Shown here: piece by piece, positions 51,575-64,000 of the stretch
Layout: every line of letters begins with the position of its first letter
Numbering within the stretch: the first letter of the stretch is position 1
DNA from: Sarea resinae
Lineage: Eukaryota
Direction of reading: 5' to 3'
NCBI GenBank assembly: GCA_026026165.1
Contig: JAPEUD010000059.1
Coordinates: forward strand, 1-64,000
DNA: 64,000 nt
Notes under the pieces: generated by a model
What the model was told of the DNA's origin: nothing
Database searches by the model: none
The model's input: only the letters and a program-made list of their open reading frames with translations
Position numbers and translations under genes: made by a program

Positions 51575-54516
51575 ATGGACATTGATCCACGGCTGCGGGC
51601 TCCCGCAACAAATCCAAACAACACCAACAACACCGGTCACACACACAACCCACACAATCCACACCCCCAATCTCAGCCTCATCCTCACTCTCTCTCCCAC
51701 CCCCACTCCCACTCCCACTCCCACTCTCGCTCCAATCCTGGCTCCAATTCCAATTCCTTCTATGGCTCGACGCCCGCCGTTCCTCCTCCCTCCTTCGGCG
51801 CCAACCCCGTCCGCCTCCCCGCTCCTGCACCTCATCAACAACCGCCGCCGCCGACCTCCGATCTTCCTCTAGTTGGGGACTCAGGCCCCCCGCCGCCGTA
51901 TTATGGTTACGCCTCGTCATCCTCATCCCATCATCCTGTCCCCTCCATCGAGAATTCGTTAGATCCGGTCAACGGCGACCCGAAAAGACCGAGAGCATGC
52001 GAGGCCTGTCGAGGGCTCAAGGTTCGCTGCGAACCCGACGCCAAAAACCTCGACGGTCCCTGTCGAAGATGTGCCAAGGCGGGACGGCAATGTGTGGTGA
52101 CACAGCCAAATCGCAAGAGGCAGAAGAAGACGGACAGCAGAGTGGCCGAGTTGGAACGGAAGATTGATGCTCTGACGGCTTCCCTGCAGGCCACGAAATC
52201 CGGACAGCCAGAAAGTCTGAGCGACGAATACAGTCAAGACGAAGGAAACTCGAGGGACGACGAGCCGGCGAGTGTCCGATCCGGAATGGAGCGGCAATCC
52301 TTTCCCAAAACCGAGCCGCTCGAATCGCCCTTGAATAGACCGCCACGTCCACCGTCTGGCCTCAAGAGGAAGTTCTCCGATCAGGAACCGCCGAGGAGTG
52401 GTAAAGCGACGCCGACGTTGCGAGTGAACGAGGCGAAAGATGATAATCCAAACACCTATCCATTTCTGGTGCCCAAGGCCTCGAAGCCATGTCCCACGTG
52501 CGCCGTGAGTCCGGAACCGTCGAGGAGCCAAGAGTATGTGGACGTCGTGGACCGCAAGTTGATCGAACCGGAAATGGCCACCAATCTTTTCGACCGATAT
52601 GTCAATGAGCTGGCCCCTCATCTGCCCGTCGTCGTCTTCCCTGCGGGCACCACCGCCGCCGATATCCGCAAGACGAAGCCGACGTTATTCCTCGCCACCA
52701 TCAGTGCCGCGTCCGGGATACTCCCGGCTGAGATCCAACGTGCTCTCTCGAAGGAAATCATCCGAGAATTCGCGGAGAGGATCATGGTTCAAGGCGAAAA
52801 GACGTTGGAGCTCATCCAGGCACTTCAGGTGTCGACTCTTTGGTATTGGCCTCCGGAACACTACGAAGAATTAAAGTTTTATCAATTGGTGCACATCGCG
52901 GCGGTCATGGCTCTGGAGGTTGGCATCTGTAAACGATCGAATCCGTTTCACAAGAAGAATATGGCATTGCTACGAGACCATCCGTGGAGAAAAACACCCT
53001 ACCCGAGATCGGATGCGGTCGAATCCAGGAGAGCGTGGCTGGGAAGCTATTTCACCTGCGCACTGTATGTCTCCCTTGTAGTACCCAGAACAAGCTAACG
53101 TCTCCAGTGCTTCGATGGCTCTACGAAGACCGAATCTCATACGATGGACTCCTTATACGCAGGAATGCATTGATATTCTGGAATCATCCCCCGAGGCTGC
53201 GCCGTCCGACAAGACGCTTTGCTTTTGGGTGAAGAATCAGCATCTCTGCGAAGAAGTCGGGCAGCAATTCTCCATGGATGACACGTTTGCATCAGTCGGT
53301 ATATCAGAACCAAAAGTTCAGTATGCTCTGAAAGCTTTTGAGAGGCAATTGGCCGATTGGAAATCCCAGATTCCGAGGGAACTCTTCACACGTAAATATC
53401 CCCTTTCTTACTTTCGAATGCATCTAACGGATCACAGCCGACCTCAAGCTTGGAGAAAATGTTGCGAATCTGTACATGCACGAGGTGGCCATGCATGTCG
53501 ATCATAACGTCGACGACTTCAGACCTCCCTTTACAGAAGAAGCGCTCAAATCGGCGACCCAGACGGAACTCCTCACTGCAGCCCACACATCCGCGTTGAC
53601 GACTTGCTTGACGTCGATTCATGGCATCTTTGACACGTTTCTTGCTCTGGACCTTCGAAACATTCGGGCTCTGCCGATCTTCCATTTTGTTCGGATTGCT
53701 TACGCCAACGTCGTCTTGATCAAGATGCATTTTGCCGTGACGGCCAAGGGGAGCGAGTTGGGAAAGATCTTCGGCCGAGAGGATTTAAAGGTCGATCGTT
53801 ATCTCGATAGTCTTCTGGATCGTCTTCGGGCGTCGGCAGAAGAAGGCCGATCCCGACCGGCGACCAAGTTTCTCATGATACTCATCATGCTCAAGGCCTG
53901 GTTCCAGAAACAGAGTGCCGGCAAGGTCCCGCAGCGAGAAGGGGCTGGGGTTCCTCCGAAGATTGTCAACGTGGTCATCGGTGAGTTGCCACTGGGACCC
54001 GGAGTGGAAGCCGTCCAGGGCCAGGGCCAAGGCCAAAGTCAGGGCCCAACTCAGGTCCAGACACCTCGTCAGGGGCCTGGGTACCCGCAGATCCTGTCCA
54101 ACGAAGGAACGCAAGACACGTCGTCGCCGAAACCGACGGCTAGTTCGATGCCGCAGTCTGGCTATAGCACCGCCAACACGCCCCTCCATCTCCTCAGCGA
54201 GGTGGCCATGGGCAATTCCGACGGCGGCGGCGTCTCCTCGGCCGTCAGCGGCCAGGGCCGCTCGCCGTGGTACGACAGCAATGGTGCCGGGCCGGGCGCG
54301 TACAGCAACGTTCCCACTTCGAACGCCAATATGCCCATGGACTACCTGGCCAGTGGGATGACGGGGGACGTGGATTTCGAAGCGGCCATGGGCGACGGGT
54401 TCGACGAGGCCATGGAGATGACGCTGGGCGACGGCCAGCTGTCGGACATTTTCATGCAGAATGGCTTCTTCAACCTGATGAATGGCACGCCGACGTTGTT
54501 TGAGAGCTGGGGGTAA
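51575..54516 (+). CDS. Zn(II)2Cys6 transcription factor (War1/PriB-like); 3 exons
   Basis: KRPRACEACRGLKVRCEPD...CRRCAKAGRQC, KPTLFLA, GEKTLELIQAL, ESRRAWLG and MALRRPNLIRW. Confidence 0.92.
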
Positions 54517-54729
54517 GTGTATAGGGAGGGGTTGTACTTAGGAGGGGTCTGCGTGGTGCGTGGTGTAATTATGAACTCAGCGGTCACATAGGGGGGCAGT
54601 CGTGTACTACTAGTATTCTGGGCGCCCTTGGGTGATTTGAAGGCAGCTAGCTGCACATGACGGACCGTCGCCTCGCGAGCGAGCGACCGTACTGCGGTCT
54701 GTACATATGGGATGGCATCGGCTCGGTCG

Positions 54730-56300
54730 GCCGAGACGATATGATATGATACGATATAGGATAGGGGTGCTTCTATACCAGGACGGGTCGGGTCGGGCTT
54801 TTCTATCAGGGGTTCTGGTTCTGGTTCTGGTTCGGGTTCTGGCGTATCCGAGTCTAGTCTGTTTGAGACCTAGAATCTGATTCCTTTCTTCTTTCTGCCC
54901 TGGGTATCGGTGCGGTGGTCTACTAGTGTGTGGTGTGTGGTAGGTGCTGTATGCGGTGTACTAGCCAAGGTCGCGAGCTTGTCTTATCAGATATTGCTAC
55001 CTGGTATGGTATGTTATGTTATGTTACAATGTCATAATATTATATGTCATGTTGTCTTGTCTTGTGTTGTTTTCTTGTATCGTTGTCTTGCGCTGCTTAG
55101 ATAGAGGGAGAATAGAGCATCTAGGATTTTATATCTTACTGTACTATACTCGACTAGACTACTATACTCTACTCTACTACTATACTACAACGGCATCGAG
55201 CGACATGTTGTTGTTAGTTCTAGAGAGAAGGAGAAGAAGAGAGGAAGAGAAGAGAAGGAAAGAGAAGAAGGAAAGGAAAGGAAAGGAAAGGAAAGGAAAG
55301 GGGAGGGAAGGGAAGGGAAGGGAAGGGAAGGGAAGGGAAGGGAAGGGAAGAGGAGAGGAGAGGATGTTTATAGAGCTGGAGCGGGGTTGTGTGAGGGAGA
55401 GAGAGAGTGCGAGAGTGAGAGAGAGACGTGACAAGCCCCCTCCCTGCCCCCTGTTTCCACCGCCTCACAAGGCGAACGTGAAGCCACCGAAAGCCCAAAC
55501 ATCCGGCCTCAGCCTCGATAATCGACTGGGGGTGTTTGATCTGTCTGTCTGGCATCCACATCAACAGCGGCCGTATCCATGCATTCATATAGCACCTCGT
55601 CGAGCATCCCGTCCAAGTAGTCGTCTCGTCTCGTCTCATCTCATCTCATCTCACCTCGCCTGGCCTGGCCTGGCCTGGTATCACACCTAAAAATGTTCAA
55701 GACAAGGAGTCAGCATACCGCTTCCCACCAGACGCAAAAACTCAATGCTTTTGCCCTCTGCCAAGAGCCTGGCAAAGAAGACGACGACATGGACGACGAC
55801 GGATCAGTCATTCTCGAGACAGTGTCCGCAGCACGCGAGGATCCGCGGGTCCGTCCATCCATCCATCCATCCATCCATCCATCCATCTATCCATCCCTCC
55901 TTGCTTTCCTTCCCGCCACCCCCCACTTCTTCCTCAACCTCTCCCTTTCTCAACCTCCGAAGAGGGATCAGGGAGAGGGAGGAAGAGCAGAGGGAAGAAA
56001 GAAAGAGAGGAGAGGAGGGGGAGGGGGGAGAAGAGGGAGGAGGAGATTCCCGCGGAAAAAGCGTGTCAGGTAATACATGCTATTGTTGGAGTTGCATCAT
56101 GTCGTCGTCGTCGTCGTCGTCGTCGTTGTGGTTGTGTTGGGATGCTGGGGGTGGGGAGAAGGGGGAGGGGAGCGGGGAGTGGGAGATGGGGAGACTCACG
56201 GGTCAGCAGTTGTGGACTGTCAATGGCGGACTGGCAATGGATGCATGCTGCGAGAGAATGGCAGAGGTTGAGGGGGGAAGAGAGAGATGAAGGACTCGAT
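54730..56300. repeat. Simple-repeat-dense spacer between convergent genes: (GATAT)n, (GGTTCT)n, purine-rich (GGAAA)n(GGGAA)n at 55222-55363, (CCAT)n, (GTC)n
   Basis: Read directly. Confidence 0.9.
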
Positions 56301-56500
56301 GGGCGTCGATGAAATTAATCGGTTTGCCGAGGCGCTTGCGAAGAGTCCTTACCCGGCGTCGCTTACCAACACCGTTCACGCCTACGAAGCTTCACGTGAA
56401 TGAACATCTATCGACAAGAGCACAAACAAACAGTAAAGCTTTTGACTGACCGACCCTAGACTCACTCGTACAGCAGCAGCCAAGCAAAGAGAATCTCACT

Positions 56501-58381
56501 CTATTCAATCGCCAACACCTCATACTTCCCCCCCCCGTGCCTCTCCAGCGCCGCCTCCACCGCGCCCATGAAGCCCAACACGCTCTCCTCCTGCAGCCGC
56601 GGCCCGACCACCTGCACCCCGACCGGCAACCCGTCCATCTTGTCCGCATCGTAGAGCTCATACGCGCCCCGCGCGACGCCGTTCAGCTTCGCGACGTCCA
56701 AGTCCTCGGCCAGCCCGTCCGTGGCCCGCTGCACGTGCGTGACCGGCACGACGCCCGCCACGTAGTCGACGAGGTTGAAGAGGAACGTATAGCCGCAGCT
56801 GCTGACGGCGGCCTTCATGCCGTCGTGCGGCACCGCCGGCGTCGCGTTGGGCGGCGTCAGCAGGAAGTCGAGCCGCGCGTCGTGCTGCCACCACTCATGC
56901 CAGCGCGCCTTGTACGCCTCGCGCTGCGCCACCAGCTTCCACTGCGCCGCCGCCGTCCGCGCGTGCCAGCCCCGCAGCAGCCCCGCCCAGAGCGCGTCGC
57001 GCCGGACGTGCTTGACGTAGAGGTAGTAGAGGTATTTGACGGGCCGGGGCAGCGACATGTAGAAGGCCATCTGGGCCGCGCCCGGGTCGTTCCATTCGCC
57101 GGGCGAGAAGAACGACAGGAACGTCTCGCAGCCGTCCGAGTTCAGGAGCTGGGAGCCGAGCACGAGGGCTTCGTAGGGCGAGGGCGGCGACACGTCGACG
57201 ACTTCGAAGCCGGCGGCCGCGAGGGCGGCGGCGGTCATGGACAGGGCCCGGGCGCACGCGGGAGCCGGGTCCACGACCCCATCCGTGCGCATGACGCCGA
57301 CCCGGAGAGGTCTCGCACTCGGGCCCTTGAGTAGGTCGAACTTGTCGTCTCGCCAGGGAAGCGGGATGACGGAGTGGTCGTACGTCCAGGGTTCCATGGA
57401 CAGCAGCGATCGCGTAAAGTAGGTGAGGTCCTCGAGGGTGCGGGCCATGGGGCTGAAGACGCTCGCCACGCCCTCTTGGCCGGGCATGCTGGTGTTCATG
57501 CCCATCTTCGGCCAGCGCCCGACCGAGCAGCGGAGAGAGTAGATGCCCGAGAAGTGGGCGGGCACGCGCACCGAACCGGCCACGTCGGAGCCGATGCCGA
57601 TGCGGCCGCCGCCGTAGGCCAGGAGAGCCGACTCTCCGCCTGTAGATCCGCCGGGCGCATAGGCTTCGTTGTGCGGATTCGTGCAGCGACCCCAGACCTA
57701 GGAGTTGGTTTGTCAGAGCGAAGAAAGGACACCGCGCAGAAGAGATCACATACGTCGTTGGTCGATTCAAAGGAGAGAAGCGTGATGGGAAGATTGGTCT
57801 TGACATAAGGAATGGCCCCTGGATCCAAATCAGTCCAAGCGTCCCTGAACAGCAAAGACACGATTCACCTGCATCCTTTAGAAGCCGCACCATCGAGCCA
57901 TCTTTCGCATACGGCTTCCCCGTGTTGCACGAATACCCCACACTGGCGTCGAACCCGCCCACGGCTATCGAGTCCTTCAGCGAGACCGGGATCCCCGCCA
58001 ACGGGCCCTGGAGATTGATTTCTTTCTCCGCCCACGTCTCGGCCTCGGGCAGCATCACCTCGGTCAGGCAGTTGGTCTTGGCATGTGCGCGCACCGCGAC
58101 CTTGCCGTAGGTGCGCAGAATGTCAATCGGCTGGAGGACGTGCTTGTGGACATCCTGAACGAGCTCTTCGATCGGCTTGGCCAAGATCTGGCGGTCGGCG
58201 AAAGAGATGGGAGAGAGGTAGGGTGCGGGGAGAGCGGCGATGCGCGAGGCGCGTTCGTCTTGCTTGCGCTGGCTGTGCGTTGGTGTCAGCTTCCTGGTCG
58301 GCTCGTCGAGCTTTGGCTCTTGGAGGTATGCGCTCACCAATCACGCCGATGCTTCAGGTATCCCGTAAGGTAGAAGACCAT
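56501..58381 (-). CDS. Amidase signature family protein (acetamidase/FAAH-like); 4 exons
   Basis: GPLAGIPVSLKD (catalytic Lys), PYVKTNLP, PGGSTGGES and GIGSDVAGSVRVPAHFSG (Ser-cisSer). Confidence 0.93.
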
Positions 58382-58890
58382 TCTGAAGGATTCGATTGCC
58401 ACGCGAGTGGATCTTCATCCCTCACGTTGGGTCTTGCGTCTCTTATGAAGCTGTCGCGGGGGATGCTGAACCTGGCTCGGTCCGATTGCGGGGATTTGCG
58501 TGTGGGGCTTATCTTATCTACTCCATCCTGTACTGTATCACCAAAGAGGACCTTATCCGCTTGGACTTGCCGCATAGAGACGACCGAGAACGTGCAAACG
58601 CCAACGCGGATTCACCGCGGGAATGGATGGGATGTCGATGACTTTTTACATGCTCACGTATGCAGTATAATACATATTGCTCGCTCTTCACCTAGGTAGA
58701 ACGCTATGAGAAAGTACAAGGACGCAAATGGCAAAACCAGAACGCCACGGCACTGGCTTGAAAGCCCAAACAGAGAGAAAGACAACATGGGTATACTACA
58801 CATCTGCCAATGATCTGCTCGAATGCAGAGAACCCTCCCAAAACATATACGCATCTGGCTCGTGGTCATCGAGATCCGATATCACCGGCG

Positions 58891-60737
58891 TCAATACTCC
58901 GCGCCCGGCATCAAAGTCTCCCGGGCTCCCTCTGCTTCGTCCTCCAAGTGCTCCCTCTTCATCGACCTACTCTTCCACCACACGTATCCCACCAGAGCCA
59001 CGCCCACGACCAAGGCCACACCCAAAAGAATCAAGTTGACCGGGACAGGGTCGTCGAGGAACACCCGATGAGTCAGAGCGTCAAGGCCTGATTGGGAAAA
59101 GTTGAAGAGACCGGCGAGGCAGATCACGAGGCCGTACACCTTTCCAAAGGTGGCGAACCCGAAGACCTTGGCCGCATAATCGCTATCTCATCATCAGCTA
59201 AGAATATAATGAAAAAAGAAAGGGAAACTTACGACACTGTGGTATAGTAGAATGGCCGATAGAGGACAAACAGCACAATGTTTGCATACGCAGCCCATTC
59301 ATATGGTAGCACGCCTAAAACACCTATAGCAGTCGCGGTGGCCACGAGCAAGGCCAGCACAAATGGCGTACTGGTATTGTCCAAGACGAACCCGATAAAG
59401 GGAACAGACAGCACGCCGCCGAGAGGCAGAGCTACGTCAAAAAAGGAGTTCACTCGCACGGCTTTGTCGTAGCTGTGAAGCAGATACTCGTACTGGGGCC
59501 GGATGGTGGCGACAAAGAAGTTGATGCGCGTCATTTGAACAAGCGTGAAGAGCGTGATGAGCACAAACCAAGGGGTCCGGATCTGCTGCCATGCGGTGCG
59601 GCCGTGAAGCGCGCCCCAAACGCCCGATACTTGCATCTTCTGTTCTTCCTTTTTGGTCTGTTGATCTGCGCCCTTGGAGCCGAGCAGAGAGGTGATTTCC
59701 GACACGACGCTCTCGCGGTGGATGCGACGGTCGTCGCGGACTTGATTGAGGTAATCCTCGCTGTCGATGTCGGCGTCGGAATCATGCTCATCATTCGAAG
59801 ACGAATCTTCGACTTGCTTGACAAGTTCTCCGACGGTCTTATAGGACTTGGATGGCATGTAGAGGATTTGGGCGACCAGGATAAACGCAGGGACGAATAG
59901 ATAGACGAGGAAGAATATTTTCGGGCGAATCGTGGCATGCGAGCGCCAGTACACGATACGATATATCAAGAAAACCGCGCTGGACGTGTCGAATGCGCCG
60001 GTGAGCATGGAAAGAATGAGGCCAGAATGGGCCGGGAAGGTGTTGGAAAGTTGAAAGGAAGAGATGAAGACAAACGGGCCGCCGAGGGCAAGGAAGAGAT
60101 ATCCGGGTATGTAGCCGTCGAAGGGCAAGTCGGCTGCGAAGGCGAAGAAGAGACAGCCGGTTGCGAAGAGGAGACAGCCGATCAGACTGCTGACGCGGGG
60201 GCCATAGCGGTCGAGGACGGTTCCAACAGGCAGGGCACAAACATTGGTGGCAACGGCGGCGAATGTGAACATGAAGTTTAACCTGCAATCAAACCGTTGC
60301 ATGAGCATTCCCCTTCTCTACAGCTTTTGATCCAGTACATACCGCATTTCCTGCTCATAGCAGACCCGCACATTCTCATCCAACTCATCTTGCGTGCAGT
60401 GGTCGCGGTAGGCTCCCTCGTTGATGAGGACGGGTTTGAGAGCGGCATATCCAAAGACAATGCCTGCAGCCAGTAGACAATAGCAGACGGCGGTGATGAC
60501 CTGGACTGAAGAAATGAGAACGAGTGCGGACTAAAGGAATGCAATGGCAAACTCACATAACCTCCTACCAGGGGAGACTTCAAAAGCGCCAATTGGTTCT
60601 TCGTGGGCGGGGGGCGGCACCCAAGTCCCCACCGGGTTGAAGCTCAGTTTCCGGCGCTCTGAGCCGGGCGGCGAGGCTGTTCGATCGCGAACATTCTCAA
60701 ATGATTCCATCGATGAAACCCGTGCGAGGAGCGACAT
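58891..60737 (-). CDS. FMP42: MFS transporter, FMP42/SLC43 (LAT3)-like; 4 exons
   Basis: AAGIVFGYAALKPV, CYEQEMR|LNFMF, GTVLDRYGPR, LTGAFDTSS, QMTRINFF and DYAAKVFGFATFGKVYG. Confidence 0.88.
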
Positions 60738-60922
60738 GACGACGAGACGACGCGAGATGCAAGAACAGAATCAATTGACTTGGGACTGTTTCGAATTCCG
60801 ATCCCAACGATGCGTCGCTATAACGGCAAAGTGAAATGGCACATGGAATTGGATGGTGGGGAAACAAAGGTTCCATGGCTTTTTATCGGCTAAAGTTGAC
60901 GTCGAAACACTAATAGTACCGT

Positions 60923-60953
<31 letters not shown>

Positions 60954-61053
60954 TGGAAATATGTAGTGCAGCCATGCCGGCTTTCTCGCATTAGCGAAAG
61001 AAGAAAAGAAAAAAATGAGTTTTATTCTTTTCGAATACAGTTGTTCTATCTCC

Positions 61054-63312
61054 TTAACCTGAAGATGTGTTTGGTCCTGCCGGTCTCGCTGCCCAGCTTG
61101 GAGTCCCATTGTTGACTCCAGGTCCTGCTAAATCTCCGCCAACCATCTGGAATCCGAGCGGTGCAAATCCCTCTCCAATGAACCCTTGCAACCCGGGATC
61201 TTCCAATAGCAACATGCCCGTCTGTCCCATGACCGAATCCTTCTCTCTTGCCGACGGATCGTCGAAGAGCTCCAACAAAGCCGTCAGCTTCTCGACCGCT
61301 AAACCGGCCAGTCTGTGAATCCCCTTTTGATGCATTTCCAGGAAAGAGGCGTATGTGCGATGCACGAGCCACATGTCGTCCAATTCGCCAGTCTCGAGCA
61401 TCGAGATGATCAGAATCATGGCCGAGTTGAAAGCCATTTGGCCCATGGTCCAACAGACCATTGCCGCTCGGGCTCGAGTATTGTAGAATTCGAACGCGTC
61501 GAGCGAGGCGCGGGCACTAGCGAGTACCCGGTCCCGGCCACGACATCCGTCGGTTCTCGAATCTCCTCGTCGCTGTTTGTTGAGTAGACCGAGATAGTTG
61601 TGTGTCTTGCCGTAAAAGACTGCACATGTCAGCATCAAGCCATGCACATGCCGAGAGTAGACATACACGCCGCAATAGCATCCAAAGGCCACTCGGGAGT
61701 TTCTTTGTTCGGATCAAGCCAACTCTTATCAAATCGGACAGCCTCAGGCAATGTCTCCATCAGACCAAGCAGCCTATCGGTAAATTCGTCGATTGTAGGA
61801 GTTGACAACCGATCGCTCGAGAGGATTTGGCGGGCAACGATGGTGAATTGATTGATGTACTGAGAAACTCGCTGGACTATCCGATTCGTGGTCAAAGGCT
61901 CCGGCGGCGGGCAATCACCGATACCAGAGATCCCGAGAGGTCGACCAAGAGTCATCGAGTATTGCTGATCCATATGAAGCATCCACCACCTAAGAGATTA
62001 GAGACGCAGAGAATATGGACGGTCACTAACCACAAGGCTTGGCGAACGCCGCACTCCCTCAAAGGAGGAGCCGGGTCGAGGTAGACGTGATGTCGGTGTA
62101 CTGTTCGGTCAACATCGCTCAAGCACCGACAGATGGAATACTCACAGCCAATGCTTTGTGCCAACCTGATGGTGATACCGAACAAGCCCCACGCGTCCAG
62201 AAACTTTCCTCCATTTGTCAAGTACGGCCCTATCATGATCAAAGCCTGGATGCCGAGCAACGACGGCCTGTTTGTGAAAGACGCCAGTCGTAATGCTTGC
62301 ATGGCTGCAGCAACTATTTTCGTTAGCAGGGCAGCTGCAAGATTCGAAAGCTTACTATAGACATCTCCCTTGCTCAGCTCGCTTTCCATGGCGCCTTGTA
62401 CCCACTGACCTCCATTCCGGTCGAAAACCCCGTTCTGCAGTCCCAGCGCTAAAGCCGCGAAGATGAGGGCTAGCATGTCGGCATGCTTAAAGGCATTGCC
62501 TTCTGTGTCCGAAAGGAATCTATCAATCTCCTTTGGCATGATCTCTTCGGGAACGTGAGGGAACGCGCAGGTTTGAGCGCGATTCTGGAAAGACTCGATC
62601 AAAGAGAAGAGCTCATCCCTGGGAGGAAGGCATTGCACGAGGGCCGAAGTGCCGCCTTGGATGGACCACAGAGGAGCAAATGGATAGCAGGGAGCATCCT
62701 GAAAGGTATAAATATCAACCCGCCGTGGTATCGAGTGAGCGATCGAAGAAGCTCTGGGTCCGACGTGAAGGTTGGCAAACTATCGACAGTTAACGTGGCC
62801 TTCGGCGACGAGCGACAGACTCGCCTCGTTGATGACGCTGGCAAGACCAGGACTTCCAAAGTAGAGATTGTCAGAACGCTCTGGACCTTTGAACCTTCTC
62901 TGGCGGGTGAAGGCCGGCTTGTTTGAGAGGTTGAACATGGCTTCCTCTTCGGATTCATCCAAGCGGTGCGCTCTCAACCATTCCTTGAGTCGATTGTTCT
63001 CAGACCGCAGTTTTCGAAGTTCGTAAGACTGTTGAATGGGAGCGTAATCGCTGCCATCACCGACGACAAAATGACAGTCTTTGGTTTGGCCACGAGCACA
63101 ACATGCCGAGCACGGTTTGGTTCGATCACACTGTGGGAGTGATAGGAGTTGGAAGAGTCAGTCCATGCACTCCACGTCTCAGGAGACCATACTTTGACTT
63201 TGCGTTCACGGCATTTGGTGCACGACAGAAGCTGGCGAGGTTGCTGCGGCTTTTTTGGGGCAGTCACGCTGACGTCTTCCAACGACGGCAAGCTAGAGCT
63301 GGGATCACCCAT
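61054..63312 (-). CDS. Zn(II)2Cys6 transcription factor; about 7 exons
   Basis: Spliced LSCTKCRERKVKCDRTKPCSACCARGQTKDC, IRLAQSIG|LHRH and MDQQYSMTLGRPLGI. Confidence 0.9.
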
Positions 63313-64000
63313 CACGAAGGCTTAGTATGCAGCAGGCACGATTTGCAGACCAAATAATCCGAGCTACGACGGGTAATTATATATTTCGCTGAGGTCACTC
63401 TATGCAACGACGGGACCAAGAAATCAAGGCCAATGCGCCCGTGTTTGACAGTTTGGGGCAGAAAAAGTATGGCAAGAGATGCATGTGTCCCGATCCAGCA
63501 GTGTGGCTCATCGCACCCACTAGCTGGTTGTGTGAAGCCAGCCCGATGACGAGGCCGTGGAGAAAGACCTGTAACGACTTTCGGAGGGCGGCCTGATGAG
63601 ATGAGATCAATTGTGATATGTCTTGTGGCTTCGAGTGGCGGTTCCAGTCCCAGCGAGCCCATGTAATCATTTAGCGAAGGTGATCTTCCGGCCCGCCTTC
63701 CCGAAGCCAGGGCACCGTATCCTTCTCTATCCACCCAAGCTGGCTTCCCTTCCCGATGCCCTGGATGCCATGCCATGCTCAACCGGAAACGAGTCTCGAA
63801 CCGGGAACGACACTGCATCTCTGCTCAGCAACCGCACCGGCTCGACGTCAATGACCCTGGTATACGGGTTGATAGCGTGCAACTTGACCTGCCACCGATC
63901 CCCCACATCGACGCCAATCCCAACCGCCATTGGCGTCCGTATCATCGACACATTGATTGCTAACATTTTCAGATACCCCTCGGCCTTTTCAATGTGACTC

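Noticed and set aside
54910..56290. Long ORFs (up to 224 aa) in the spacer, and antisense ORFs over GC-rich exons
   Set aside because: They are translations of microsatellites or stop-poor shadows of real genes.
45298..63312. Three Zn2Cys6 factors plus amidase, transporter and cytochrome protein as a metabolic cluster
   Set aside because: No backbone enzyme or shared pathway logic; all belong to widespread families.

Overview
This is eukaryotic DNA from a filamentous ascomycete (Pezizomycotina), judged by the short GT-AG introns with CTRAC-type branch sites, Zn2Cys6 factors and RIP-like transitions. Bases 1 to ~2200 are an AT-rich, RIP-mutated repeat block with direct, tandem and inverted repeats. 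Next comes a short accessory-looking zone (SAM methyltransferase, SRPK-like kinase whose DFG motif reads GFG, F-box-like protein). The rest is mostly conserved genes: Zn2Cys6 factor, SLX4, M28 glutamate carboxypeptidase, MFS transporter, IQGAP, IMPDH, NUDT19-like Nudix hydrolase, RPS21, CPD photolyase, LicD-family transferase, three more Zn2Cys6 factors, a DOMON/cytochrome b561 protein, an amidase and an FMP42-like MFS transporter. The best non-coding signals are a box C/D snoRNA (snR54-like) in IMPDH intron 2, a palindromic fold-back-like element in the RIP block, and abrupt GC-rich 3' exons flanking simple-repeat-rich spacers. No biosynthetic gene cluster, intact transposon or clearly new multi-gene system is supported. 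Exon boundaries were read by eye and family calls rest on motif recognition, not database searches.
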